NCBI GenBank assembly: GCA_963851265.1
Contig: CAWKNZ010000012.1
Location: 41,855 to 105,854 of the forward strand
DNA: 64,000 nt
DNA from: an uncultured Gemmatimonadales bacterium
Lineage (GTDB): Bacteria > Gemmatimonadota > Gemmatimonadetes > Gemmatimonadales > Gemmatimonadaceae
Direction of reading: 5' to 3'
Both the position numbers and the translations under genes were made by a program. The notes under the pieces are model-generated. The model was not told the DNA's origin, searched no databases, and was given only the letters and a program-made list of their open reading frames with translations. Shown piece by piece: positions 42,566 to 52,501 of this stretch (its first letter is position 1; every line of letters begins with the position of its first letter).

Positions 42566-44014
42566 TCACCCGGACGTCGGCACCGCGCGGAGCACCGGCA
42601 CCGCCGGGTCGCCGGCGCCCACGCCGGCGCCCACGCCGGCGCCCACGCCGGGGCCGCCGCCGGGCCGCGCGGCGCCGAACGGCCAGCCGCCGGTGCGCCA
42701 CGCCCAGGCGAGGAACGCCACGCACCCCAATCCCAGCACGCCGACGCCGAACCCGATCACCCGAGGCTGCGTGGTGGCGAACACGAACCCCCACCCCAGG
42801 AGCGCGACCAGCGCGGGGACCGGGTACAGCCACATGCGGTAGGGCCGCGGCATCGCGGGCGCGCGCCGGCGCAGCAGCATCAGTCCGCACGCCTGTCCGA
42901 CGAACTGCACGAGGATGCGCGTGACGATGAGCGCGTCGATCACCGTGCCGAGCGGAAAGCACGCCGCGATGATCGAGATGGCGCCGAGGACGAGCAGGGA
43001 GACGTGCGGAAATCCGTGCGCCGCGTGACGCCGCGCGAAGACGCGGAAGAAGTACCCGTCGTCCGCCGCGGCCGCCGGCACCCGCGAGTACCCGAGGAGC
43101 AGCGCGAACACCGACCCGAAGGTGGTCCAGAGCACGAGCATCGTGAACGCCGTCGCCACGCGTGCGCCGTAGATCTTCTGCATGAACGCCGAGACCACGA
43201 ACGCCGACATCGCGTGCGACTCGGCGGGCACGAACTCCCGCCACGGCACGACCCCGACGATCGAGAGGTTGATGCCCAGGTAGATCACCGCGACGGCCGC
43301 GGTGCTGATGAGGATCGACCGCGGGATCACGCGACCCGGATCGCGCACCTCGTCGCCGATGTAGCAGACGTCGGAGTAGCCGAGGTAGTCGTAGATCCCC
43401 ACGCGCGACGCGGCGCCCAGCCCCAGGAAGAAGCCGAGCGAGAACGTGAACGCTTTGGGCGGCAGGTCGAACGCGACGCGCGGGTCGAAGTGCCTGGCGC
43501 CCGTCGCGATCACCGCGAGGACGGTGACCAGCGTGCCGGCCCAGAGGAGCACCGTCACCCGCGCGATCGAGTGGATGCGCCGGTAGAGCAGCGCCACGTT
43601 GAGCAGCCCCACCGCCGTGACGAGCGCAACGGTCCCGGCGCGCGTGAGCCCCGTCCACACGTAGCCCGCGTAGTCGGCGAATCCGATGTACCCGGAGGCG
43701 ATCTCGAGCGGCCCGCTGAGCACGAACTGCCACACGAAGAGGAACGCCATCAGGCGCCCCACGCGCTCGCGCCCGAAGGCCTCGCGCAGGTACTGGAACG
43801 ACCCGCCCGAGCCGGGCATGGCGGCGCCCAACTCGCTCCACACCATCCCGTCGCAGACCACCACGACCAGCGCGACGAGCCAGCCGAGCATGGCCTGAGG
43901 CCCGCCGAGGGCCGACATGAGCAGCGGGATCGTGATGAACGGTCCGACGCCGATCATGTTGGTCATGTTCAGCGCCGTGGCCGCGAGGAGGCCGAACCGG
44001 TTTCCGCGGTCCAA
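42566..44014 (-). CDS. APC family amino acid permease
   Basis: NMIGVGPFI, ELGAAMPGSGG, EVRDPGRVIPRSI and RPYRMWLYP, with many TM segments. TTG start. Confidence 0.92.
   Translation of the reverse strand: MDRGNRFGLLAATALNMTNMIGVGPFITIPLLMSALGGPQAMLGWLVALVVVVCDGMVWSELGAAMPGSGGSFQYLREAFGRERVGRLMAFLFVWQFVLSGPLEIASGYIGFADYAGYVWTGLTRAGTVALVTAVGLLNVALLYRRIHSIARVTVLLWAGTLVTVLAVIATGARHFDPRVAFDLPPKAFTFSLGFFLGLGAASRVGIYDYLGYSDVCYIGDEVRDPGRVIPRSILISTAAVAVIYLGINLSIVGVVPWREFVPAESHAMSAFVVSAFMQKIYGARVATAFTMLVLWTTFGSVFALLLGYSRVPAAAADDGYFFRVFARRHAAHGFPHVSLLVLGAISIIAACFPLGTVIDALIVTRILVQFVGQACGLMLLRRRAPAMPRPYRMWLYPVPALVALLGWGFVFATTQPRVIGFGVGVLGLGCVAFLAWAWRTGGWPFGAARPGGGPGVGAGVGAGVGAGDPAVPVLRAVPTSG
42611..42651 (-). 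repeat. 12-bp in-frame tandem repeat x3 (GVGA) in the permease tail
   Basis: GCCGGCGCCCAC x3. Confidence 0.85.
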
Positions 44015-44026
44015 CGTGCGGCGCGC

Positions 44027-45418
44027 TCAGAGGCGGTTGAAGCCCGCGAGCGCCGCCACCTTGTACGCTTCGGCCAGCGTGGGGTAGTTGAACACGGTGT
44101 CGCGGAAGTACTCGATCGTGCCGCCGAGGGCGAGCACCGCCTGCCCGATGTGGATCAGCTCCGTGGCCCCGTCGCCGATCGCGTGCACGCCGAGCAGGCG
44201 CAGCGTGTCGGGGTCGAAGAGCAGCTTGAGCATCCCCGTCTCGTCGCCGAGGATCTGCCCCTTCGCGAGCTCCTCGTACTTGGCGATCCCCACCTCGTAC
44301 GGCACCCGCGCCTCGGTGAGCTGCTCCTCCGTCTGCCCGACCATCGACATCTCGGGCACGGAGTAGATGCCGTAGGGCAGCAGCTCCCGCGCGGCGACCG
44401 TCGCCGGCGCGCCGAACATGTGGGCACCCGCGAGCCGCCCCTGCTCGTTGGACGACGAGGCGAGCGACGGGAAGCCGATCACGTCGCCCGCGGCGTAGAC
44501 GTGGGGCACCGCGGTCCGGCCCCACGCGTCCACGGCGAGCTTGCCGCGCGCGTCGGGCGTTAGGCCGGCCGCGCCGAGGTTCAGCAGGTCGGTGTTCGCC
44601 TGACGCCCGACGGTGTAGAGCAGCGCGTCGCTGTGCACGCGTTTCCCGCTCTCGAGCAGCGCCTCCACGCGGCCCCGCTCGTCGAGGCGGACCGACGCGA
44701 CCGTCTCGCCGAGGCGGAACGTGGAGCCGCGCCGCCGCATGTGGTAGAGCAGGCCGTCGATCAGCTCGCGGTCGACGAAGTCGAGCAGGGTCGGGCGCTG
44801 ATCGATGATCGTGACCTTGATGTCGAGCGCGGTGAACATCGACGCGTACTCCAGCCCGATCACCCCCGCGCCGACGACGATGAGCTCGCGCGGGAGATCG
44901 GTCACGCCGGGCAGCTGGTCGGCGTCGAAGATGCGCTCGCCGTCGAGCGGGATCTGGGTGCTGCGGGCGGCGCGCGTGCCGCACGCGATGAGCACGTGGG
45001 CCGCGCGCACCAGGCTCGCGGCCCCGGCCGACGAGAGCACCTCGATCGTGTGCGGGTCGACGAAGCGCGCGGTGCCCGCGAGCGTCGTGATCCCGTTGCG
45101 CCGGAGCTGGTTGCGCACCACCTCGGTTTGCCGGCCCACCACCGCGTTCACCCGGTGGGCGAGATCCTTGGCGGAGATGCTGCTGCTGACGACGTAGTCC
45201 TTGCCGTAGAACGTGCGCTGCCGGAACCCGCTGAGGTAGAGAATCGCCTCGCGCATCGTCTTGCTCGGGATGGTGCCCGTGTGGATGCACACGCCGCCGA
45301 CCATCTCCTGCCGGTCGATGATCGCGACGCGCCGCCCGAGCTTGGCCGCGGCGATGGCGCCCTTCTGCCCCGCCGGGCCGCTGCCGATCACGACGAGATC
45401 ATAGTCGTACGTGTCCAT
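44027..45418 (-). CDS. sthA: Soluble pyridine nucleotide transhydrogenase
   Basis: GSGPAGQKGA, the STH-type CIHTGTIPSK (CxxxxT), GAGVIGLEYASMF and C-terminal FNYPTLAEAYKVAALAGFNRL. Confidence 0.92.
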   Translation of the reverse strand: MDTYDYDLVVIGSGPAGQKGAIAAAKLGRRVAIIDRQEMVGGVCIHTGTIPSKTMREAILYLSGFRQRTFYGKDYVVSSSISAKDLAHRVNAVVGRQTEVVRNQLRRNGITTLAGTARFVDPHTIEVLSSAGAASLVRAAHVLIACGTRAARSTQIPLDGERIFDADQLPGVTDLPRELIVVGAGVIGLEYASMFTALDIKVTIIDQRPTLLDFVDRELIDGLLYHMRRRGSTFRLGETVASVRLDERGRVEALLESGKRVHSDALLYTVGRQANTDLLNLGAAGLTPDARGKLAVDAWGRTAVPHVYAAGDVIGFPSLASSSNEQGRLAGAHMFGAPATVAARELLPYGIYSVPEMSMVGQTEEQLTEARVPYEVGIAKYEELAKGQILGDETGMLKLLFDPDTLRLLGVHAIGDGATELIHIGQAVLALGGTIEYFRDTVFNYPTLAEAYKVAALAGFNRL

Positions 45419-45509
45419 CGCCTCTCCACGGTGGGGTGCTCGACGCGCGGGGCGCGGCCGACGCAGAAAGTAGGATGGCTCCCCACGGCCGGACAGGTGA
45501 GCCGCTCCG

Positions 45510-48431
45510 CTACACGGCCCGATCCGGCGACGTCGCGGTCGGCGGGGCGTCGGTCGTCGGGGCGGCGCTCGGCGGGGTGGCACTCGGCGGGGTGGCACTC
45601 GGCAGGGTGAGCGTGAACGTCGAGCCGACGCCGACGACGCTCTCGGCCGTGACGTCGCCGCCCATGCCGCGCGCCAGCTCGCGACTGATCGCGAGGCCGA
45701 GTCCGACACCCTGTTGCGAGGCGTGGGTCAGATTGCGGTCGACCTGGACGAACGGTTCGAAGACGTGCGGCAGCTGGTCCGCCGGGATGCCGCGGCCCGT
45801 GTCGGTGACCCGCACGCGGACGACCCGCGCCGCGACGTCGTCCTCGCAGACGACGCTCACGCGGCCGCCAGCCGGGGTGAACTTGCCCGCGTTCGTCACC
45901 AGGTTGAGCAGCACCTGCCGCACCTTGTCGGGGTCGGCCCGCGCCACGCAGGGCCGCTCGGGGTCATCCGGCTCGCACGCGTCGTGGACGTACGTGAGGC
46001 CCTTGGCCGTCAGTTGTGGCCCCACCAGCGTCTCGAGGTCCGCCACGAGGGGACCGAGGCGCACGACCTCCGCGCGGTACTCGACCCGCGCCGCGTCGAG
46101 GCGGGCGAAGTTGAGCACGTCGGTCACGAGCGTCGTCAGGTGGTCGTTGGCGCGGCGCAACCGCTCCAGGTCCGCGGACTGTGCCGGCGTGACCGGCCCG
46201 CGTACGCCGAGGGCCAGCAGCTCCGCGTAGCCCGCGATGGCGTTGAGCGGCGTGCGCAACTCGTGACTCATGGTGGCCAGGAACTGCGACTTCGCCCGGT
46301 TCGCGGCTTCCGCCTCGGCCCGGGCCGCACGCTCGGCCGCGAACAGGCGGGCGCGCTCGAGCGCCTGCGCGCACTGGCGCGCGACCGCCTCGAGGAACGC
46401 GCGCGCCGCGGGGTCGAAACGCCGGGGCTCGCCGTAGTTGAACGCCAGCGCCCCGATCACCTGCCCGACGCCGTCGGTGAGCGGGAGCGCGGCCGACGCC
46501 CGCGCCCCGGTGGCCGCATACACGGGTGGCAGGTCCGCGTACGCCCGCCCTCCGGCTTCGGGGTCCTCGATCCACACGGACCGCTGCTCCCGGACCACGG
46601 CCGCGACGGGGAGCGGCGCGTCGAGTGGCAGGTTCGCGAAACGGGCGTCCGCGCCGGGCGGGTACCCGTACGCCCCCGCGAGGGTGAGGCGTGCCCCGTC
46701 CGCGCTCGTGAGCAGCACGAGCCCGGTGATCGCCCCGAGTGCCGGGACGCCACGCTCGAGCAGCACGTGAACCACGGCCTCGGGGGTGAGCGCCGCGCTG
46801 AACGCCGCCGTGAGCGCCTGCAGCAGTTGCGCGCGCCCGACGGCCACGCGTTCGGCCGTGAGCAGCTGCTCGCGCTCCGTCACGTCGGTAGAAGTCACCA
46901 CGCCGCCGACCACGGCGCCGTCGGCGTCCCGCACGGGGGCCGCCGAGAGACTCACGAGCACGCGCGATCCGTCGCCGCGCGCGACCTCGACCACCTCGTC
47001 CTCGACCACCTCGCCGTGGGCCAGCGCCCGCGCGAGCGGCCACTCGTGGCTCGCGATCGGCTGGCCCGCGCGCGGACCGTCCCGGTGCGTCGCGACGTAA
47101 TCGGCGCTGTAGTCCTCGACGCTGGCCGAGGCCGGCGCGCCGCCCCAGATCCGGCGCACGGCGGCGTTCCCCATCACGAGGCGCCCCGTCGGGGCTTCGG
47201 CGATGTGCACGCCCAGCGGGAGCTGCTCCAGCGTGGCCGCGAGCCGGCGACGCTCCAGATCGACCTCGGCGCGCGCCGCCTCGCTCTCGGCCAGCAGTCG
47301 GGCGCGCTCGCCCTCGGCGCGCACGCGCTCGGTGACGTCCCGCCAGAACAGGGCGACGCCCCCCGGGGTGTCACCGGTCGGGGCCGGGTACGCGTCCACC
47401 TCGACCACGAACGCGAGCCGGCCGTCCGAATGGTCGTGCGTGAAGTGGGCGGAGACGCCCGCGGCCGCCCTCCGGCAGTGGTCCTCGAACGCGGTGCCCA
47501 CCGCGCCCGGGAACACGTCCCAGAAGTCGCGCCCGAGAAGCTCCCCGCGTGGCAGGCCCCGCCCGCGCTCCATCGCCCGGTTGACTTCCACGATCCGGAA
47601 ATCCGCGTCCAGAGCGACGTACGCATCGGCGGTCGCCTCGAGGACGGCCACCGTGCGCGCCCGCTCCGCCTCCGCCAGGTCACGCGCGGCCCCGAGGGCT
47701 TCGGTCCGCTCCTCGAGTTCGACCGCGGTCGCTTCGAGCTCGTCGGCCTGCGCTTCGAGTTCCGCCGCCTGCGCCTGCAGCAGGCGGTTCGATTCCTCCA
47801 GGTCGGCCTGCTGGGCCAGCAGCTGCGCCGTGGAGGTCGCGGCGGCGGCGGCGGCGGTCCGGAAGTCCAGTTCGCGCTGGGTGGCCGCGGCGAGTTCGGT
47901 GAGCACCTCGATCTCGTCCGCCGTCCACGCGCGCGGCCGCGTGTCGATGGCGCAGAACGCGCCCACCGTCTGGCCGCCGGCCACGAGGGGGAGGCCGACG
48001 TAGGCGGCCACGCCGAGCGTCCGCACCGTCGGCACGTCGCGGTACGCCGGGTCGGCCGCCGTATCCGGGATGACGAGCGGCGTGGTGCGCTGCACCGCGT
48101 CGTGGCAGAACGTCGGGCCGGTCAGTTCGCGGGCCGTGGCGAGCGGCTCGCCGAACCCGCACGCCGACTTGTAGAAGTCGCGGTTGGCGTCGACGAGCGA
48201 GACGAAGGCGGCCGGTACGCCGACCAGCCGGACGGCGAGGCGCGTCAGGCGGTCGAACGTCTCCTCGACGTCGGTGTCGAGGAGCCCGGTCGCGTGCACG
48301 GCTGCCACGCGCCGCGGGTCGGTCACACCGGCGGGGGGGGCGACCGCGCGCGGATCGGCCGCGGTCGCGTCTCCGCCGCTATCGTCCGCGCTCGCCGCGG
48401 CCGCGGTGGGCGTTGTCGGGGAAGCCGTCAT
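45510..48431 (-). CDS. GAF-PAS-PAS-GAF sensor histidine kinase
   Basis: DPRRVAAVHATGLLDT...TFC GAF, two PAS domains, a second GAF, MSHELRTPLNAI, NAGKFT and GVGLGLAISR. Confidence 0.93.
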   Translation of the reverse strand: MTASPTTPTAAAASADDSGGDATAADPRAVAPPAGVTDPRRVAAVHATGLLDTDVEETFDRLTRLAVRLVGVPAAFVSLVDANRDFYKSACGFGEPLATARELTGPTFCHDAVQRTTPLVIPDTAADPAYRDVPTVRTLGVAAYVGLPLVAGGQTVGAFCAIDTRPRAWTADEIEVLTELAAATQRELDFRTAAAAAATSTAQLLAQQADLEESNRLLQAQAAELEAQADELEATAVELEERTEALGAARDLAEAERARTVAVLEATADAYVALDADFRIVEVNRAMERGRGLPRGELLGRDFWDVFPGAVGTAFEDHCRRAAAGVSAHFTHDHSDGRLAFVVEVDAYPAPTGDTPGGVALFWRDVTERVRAEGERARLLAESEAARAEVDLERRRLAATLEQLPLGVHIAEAPTGRLVMGNAAVRRIWGGAPASASVEDYSADYVATHRDGPRAGQPIASHEWPLARALAHGEVVEDEVVEVARGDGSRVLVSLSAAPVRDADGAVVGGVVTSTDVTEREQLLTAERVAVGRAQLLQALTAAFSAALTPEAVVHVLLERGVPALGAITGLVLLTSADGARLTLAGAYGYPPGADARFANLPLDAPLPVAAVVREQRSVWIEDPEAGGRAYADLPPVYAATGARASAALPLTDGVGQVIGALAFNYGEPRRFDPAARAFLEAVARQCAQALERARLFAAERAARAEAEAANRAKSQFLATMSHELRTPLNAIAGYAELLALGVRGPVTPAQSADLERLRRANDHLTTLVTDVLNFARLDAARVEYRAEVVRLGPLVADLETLVGPQLTAKGLTYVHDACEPDDPERPCVARADPDKVRQVLLNLVTNAGKFTPAGGRVSVVCEDDVAARVVRVRVTDTGRGIPADQLPHVFEPFVQVDRNLTHASQQGVGLGLAISRELARGMGGDVTAESVVGVGSTFTLTLPSATPPSATPPSAAPTTDAPPTATSPDRAV
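45564..45608 (-). repeat. 15-bp in-frame tandem repeat x3 (TPPSA) at the kinase C-terminus
   Basis: GGCRCTCGGCRGGGT x3. Confidence 0.8.
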
Positions 48432-48601
48432 GGGCGCGTCCCGTATGCAAGCGCCACGCGCGGCGCGTCGAGACGTGCGGCGCTCGGTCATTCGGCGGCG
48501 CGGCGCGCGCCTTCCACAGCGGCAGGTTCACCTTCGCCCGTGGTACTGGCCGCGGAGCGTCGGATGGCGGAGGATATCGCGACCCGTCCGGTCGCGCGCG
48601 T

Positions 48602-48946
48602 TCACGATGGCGAGGCGGACCCGGAGCCGGTCGTGCCCGCGAGCGCGACCACGTCGTAGTGCGCCGCCTCGGCATCGTAGCGGGCGAGCAGGGCCTGCGC
48701 CGCCGCGGGCACGACGCACCGCTCGTACGGCATCCCCGCGAACCCCACGACCGCGTCGATCGAGCTGAAGAACATCGTCGTCACGAACTCGACGCCATCG
48801 GGCACGTCGCGCCGGTCGACCCGCATCCCGTGATACCCGTCGATCTGCCGCGCGGAGATCCCGGGAACGACGGTCGTGAGCAACAGGTGCTGATACGCGT
48901 CGGCGTTCTCGGGGGTCGTCCAACCGTGCCAGATGCGGCTGACCAT
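48602..48946 (-). CDS. Antibiotic-biosynthesis-monooxygenase-like (dimeric alpha/beta barrel) protein
   Basis: MVSRIWHGWTTPENADAYQ...VEFVTTMFFSSIDAVVGFAG...HYDV. Confidence 0.85.
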   Translation of the reverse strand: MVSRIWHGWTTPENADAYQHLLLTTVVPGISARQIDGYHGMRVDRRDVPDGVEFVTTMFFSSIDAVVGFAGMPYERCVVPAAAQALLARYDAEAAHYDVVALAGTTGSGSASPS

Positions 48947-49350
48947 GGGCACCAACGGGAGAGGGGTGAGCGTCGGACGGTCCGCGGCCACGCACCGCCT
49001 CCGACGCAGGATGTACGCAGGATGTACGGTGGTGTCGAACCGGGAGGGCAGCGGCGCGAGCCGGCGTCGAACACGACGATGCCGGAACGACCGGGCGCGA
49101 TCGGCGGCGCAGACTCGTGCACCATCATACGTGATGCGCGTCCGGGGAGGATCGGTGCGCACGACGGAACCACTTCCGGCGGACCGGACGGTGCCAATCG
49201 CGTCATCCCGGGGGCGGGCATTGCCCGCCGCCGGGCGTCGACGTACATACGGACCAGTCCCCCTGCGCGAAGCGCCTAACACGATCGCATCGCATGCACA
49301 CCGCCGGTCCGTCATCCCCGCCCGCGCCGCCGATCGCCCGCGACGTCCGT

Positions 49351-49529
49351 AACCGGGAGCTGGTGCTCCGGCTGCGGGCGTCGGGGGTCGCCCCGTCCAC
49401 ACCACCGTGCTCGGCGAGCGGTTCGTGATCCACGTCGCGATCACGAACCACCGCACGCGCCGCCCCGGCCTCGGTCGCTTCACGGGCGCGGCGCGCGCGA
49501 CCGGCGGCGAGCTCCGGCGCTTCGCCTAA
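49351..49529 (+). pseudogene. Remnant of the C-terminus of a PLP-dependent (group II) amino acid decarboxylase
   Basis: Manual translation gives NRELVLRLRASGVAPS, a one-base frameshift near 49397, then HTTVLGERFVIHVAITNHRTRR...ATGGELRRFA-stop. There is no upstream body or start. Confidence 0.65.
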
Positions 49530-49552
49530 CGGAACCGCTCCCCGCCCCGGCG

Positions 49553-50452
49553 ATGCGCATCGTTCCGTACACCGCGGCGCACCGCGCCGCCTTCCGCGAT
49601 CTCAACCTCGCGTGGCTGCGCGAGCACTTCACCGTCGAGCCGCGCGACGCACGCGACCTCGGCGACCCGGAGACCTACATCCTCGGCGACGGCGGCTTCA
49701 TTTTCGTCGCCGAGCGGGACGGAACGGCCGTCGGGACCTGCGCGCTGCTACGCGCGCACGACGCCGGCGACGGCACGTACGAGCTGGCCAAGATGGCCGT
49801 GGCCGAAGACGCACGCGGGCAGGGCGTCGGCCGCGCGCTCGCCGAGGCCGCGATCGCCCACGCGCGGGCCCTCGGCGCCTCGCGCGTCGAGCTGTTCACG
49901 AATCCGCGCCTCGCGCCCGCCGTCCACCTGTACCGACGCCTGGGATTCCACGAGGTGCCGATGACCGCGGCACCGTACGGCCGTGCGGCCCTCAAGATGG
50001 CCCTCGACCTGCCGCGGGGTGGGGGCGAATCCGACGTTCCCGCGGCGTTCGCGTCGGCCGCGTACGCGGTCAGCGTGCGCGAGCGGGCAGATGGCACCGC
50101 GGTGCGCGTGGAGCCGGCGACGCACTACGAGTGGGGCGCGGGGTGCGACGGGTGGCACCTGCTCCGGCACCCTGCCCTCGCGGTGATCGCCGAACGCATG
50201 CCCCACGGGACCGCCGAGGTGCGGCACCGGCACGTCATGGCTCGCCAGTACTTCCTCGTCCTGGCCGGCGAATTACAGGTCGAGTGCGACGGTGCACGCC
50301 ACGTGCTGCGTGCGCGCCAGGGCCTGCACGTTCCGCCCGGCGTCGCACACCAGGTCCTGAACGCGTCGGGTGTCCCGGCCGACTTCCTCGTGATCTCGGC
50401 GCCGCCCAGTCACGGCGACCGCGTCGCCGCGCCGCACCCGGCCGATGCCTGA
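49553..50452 (+). CDS. GNAT acetyltransferase fused to a cupin domain
   Basis: N-half has ELAKMAV...RGQGVGRAL...AVHLYRRLGF. C-half has HYEWGAGCDGWHLL...ERMP...EVRHRH...HQV...PPSHGDR. Confidence 0.85.
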   Translation: MRIVPYTAAHRAAFRDLNLAWLREHFTVEPRDARDLGDPETYILGDGGFIFVAERDGTAVGTCALLRAHDAGDGTYELAKMAVAEDARGQGVGRALAEAAIAHARALGASRVELFTNPRLAPAVHLYRRLGFHEVPMTAAPYGRAALKMALDLPRGGGESDVPAAFASAAYAVSVRERADGTAVRVEPATHYEWGAGCDGWHLLRHPALAVIAERMPHGTAEVRHRHVMARQYFLVLAGELQVECDGARHVLRARQGLHVPPGVAHQVLNASGVPADFLVISAPPSHGDRVAAPHPADA

Positions 50453-50480
50453 CGATTCCGTCGTTCCCCATTCCCGTCCC

Positions 50481-51377
50481 ATGTCGCCAACACCCTCGCA
50501 GCCCTCCGGCCACCTCCGACGCGTGGCGGTCTTCACGACCGATCCTGAGGGCGGCAATCCCGCCGGCGTCTGGGTCGGCGACACCCTGCCGGATGCAGCC
50601 GCGATGCAGCGCATCGCCGCCGACGTCGGGTACTCCGAGACCGCGTTCGTGGCCCCGGCAGGCGGCACGCAGCGCGAGGTGCGGTACTTCAGCCCCGAGG
50701 CGGAGGTCCCGTTCTGCGGTCACGCCACGGTGGGTGCCGGAGCCGTGCTCGGCGAGGCGAACGGGAACGGGACGTATCACCTGTCGACGTCGGTCGGTGT
50801 CGTTCCGGTCGTCGTGCGCACGCGTGACGGCGTGCGGGAGGCGTCGCTCACGTCCGTCGTCCCCCGACACACGGCCGCCGACTCCGTACTCGTCGGCGAC
50901 ATCCTCGACGCGCTCGGCTGGGACGCCAGCGAGCTCGATCCTGCCATCCCGCCTGCGCGCGCGTACGCCGGGGCCTGGCACCTCGTCCTCGCCGCCGCGG
51001 CGTCGGAGCGGCTGGCGCGACTGACCTACGACTTCGACCGCGTCAAGCGGCTCATGCTCGACGCCGGGCTCACGACCCTGCAGCTCGTCTGGCGCGAGTC
51101 GCCGACGGTGTACCACGCGCGGAACCCGTTCCCCGTCGGCGGCGTGGTCGAGGACCCTGCCACCGGCGCGGCGGCCGCGGCGCTCGCGGGCTACCTCCGC
51201 GACAGCGGACTCCTCGCCGTGCCGGCGCGGGTGCACGTGCGCCAGGGAGAGGCGATGGGGCGGCCGAGTCACCTCGTCGTCGACGTCCCGGCGCAAGGCG
51301 GGATCGTCGTCACCGGTGCCGTGGTCCCCATGCCGGACCCGCATGAGCCCGCCCGTGCGGCCTCGGACGGCCGTTAG
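50481..51377 (+). CDS. PhzF family epimerase/isomerase
   Basis: GGNPAGV, SETAF, EVPFCGHAT, EDPATGAA and QGEAMGRPS. Confidence 0.93.
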   Translation: MSPTPSQPSGHLRRVAVFTTDPEGGNPAGVWVGDTLPDAAAMQRIAADVGYSETAFVAPAGGTQREVRYFSPEAEVPFCGHATVGAGAVLGEANGNGTYHLSTSVGVVPVVVRTRDGVREASLTSVVPRHTAADSVLVGDILDALGWDASELDPAIPPARAYAGAWHLVLAAAASERLARLTYDFDRVKRLMLDAGLTTLQLVWRESPTVYHARNPFPVGGVVEDPATGAAAAALAGYLRDSGLLAVPARVHVRQGEAMGRPSHLVVDVPAQGGIVVTGAVVPMPDPHEPARAASDGR

Positions 51378-51463
51378 GCATTCGACGTTGGCTGCGACTC
51401 GGCGCGTGCATCGGACTCCACCGACGACCGCGGTTGCGGGCGCCCCACTCACCCGTTCTCACC

Positions 51464-52027
51464 ATGGACCGACTTCCGCCTGACGCCGCGCTCGTCCCCA
51501 TCGACGTGCAGCAAGCGTTCGACGACCCGCGCTGGGGCCAACGGAACAACCCCGGTGCGGAAGCGAGGGGCGCCGATCTCCTGCGGGCGTGGCGGGCGAG
51601 CGGCCGCCCGGTCGTTCACGTGCGGCACGTGAATCCGCGACCCGGCAGCCTGTTCAATCCGGACGGGCCCGGCGTGCCGCCCAAGCCCGAGGCGAGGCCG
51701 GAAGCCGGGGAGCCGGTGATCACGAAAGACGTGAACAGTGCGTTCATCGGGACCGATCTGGAGGCCCGCCTCCGGTCCGCGGGGATCACCACGCTCGTGC
51801 TGTTCGGGTTGACCACCGATCACTGCGTCTCGACGACGGCGCGCATGGCCGGCAATCTCGGGTTCGACACCTACGTCGTGGCCGACGCGACGGCCACGTT
51901 CGAGCGCACCGCGCCCGGTGGGCGCCACTACACCGCCGACGAGATGCACGACACCGCGCTCACCAGCCTGAGCGGCGAGTTCGCCACCGTGGTCGACACC
52001 GCGGACGTTCTCGCCGCGTTGCGCTGA
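51464..52027 (+). CDS. Isochorismatase-family cysteine hydrolase
   Basis: IDVQ, KDVNSAFIGTDL and TTDHCVSTTAR (D-K-C triad). Confidence 0.93.
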   Translation: MDRLPPDAALVPIDVQQAFDDPRWGQRNNPGAEARGADLLRAWRASGRPVVHVRHVNPRPGSLFNPDGPGVPPKPEARPEAGEPVITKDVNSAFIGTDLEARLRSAGITTLVLFGLTTDHCVSTTARMAGNLGFDTYVVADATATFERTAPGGRHYTADEMHDTALTSLSGEFATVVDTADVLAALR

Positions 52028-52079
52028 GCGCGCCGCTCGGACCGTCCGATCGTCCGTACCGAACCTCGGCTCTGCCGAG

Positions 52080-52430
52080 TCACACGTCGGCGTCGGCGGC
52101 CGCGGCGCGGATCCCGTCGACGAGGGCGAGGGGCGCCCCGCTCGGTTCGACCGCCACGGAGACGTGACCGCCGCGGACCGGAACGACGAGTTGAAAGAAG
52201 TATCCGTACCGAACGAGCACGAACTCGAGCCCCCCACAGTCGATGCGCCCGCGCTGACCGGCGAGCGTGAGGAGCGTCGGATTCACGATCAGCTCCTCGT
52301 AGCGATCGGACTCCGCAGCGCTCGCGTTCGGCGCGGCACGCGCGGCAAGATCGAGCTGGCCGTCGACGTACGTCGCGACGTAGCGCACGTCGGGCGACAG
52401 CGCGAACACGCGGGCGGCGAGCGGGGTCAT
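52080..52430 (-). CDS. Hypothetical protein (116 aa, possibly roadblock/profilin-like fold)
   Basis: MTPLAARVFALSPDVRYVATY...DRYEELIVNPTLL...VLVRYGYFFQLVVP...HVSVAVEP. Codon usage looks coding. Confidence 0.7.
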   Translation of the reverse strand: MTPLAARVFALSPDVRYVATYVDGQLDLAARAAPNASAAESDRYEELIVNPTLLTLAGQRGRIDCGGLEFVLVRYGYFFQLVVPVRGGHVSVAVEPSGAPLALVDGIRAAAADADV

Positions 52431-52501
52431 CGGTGTGGCGAGAGGGGCAAGTAGGGGTGGCGCGCACGCGGCCCGGACGCTCCGCGTACGCGATCCGTGC
52501 G

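Noticed and set aside
50481..52027. Phenazine biosynthesis cluster (PhzF plus isochorismatase)
   Set aside because: No phzE, phzA/B or phzG is present, and both families are common stand-alone enzymes.
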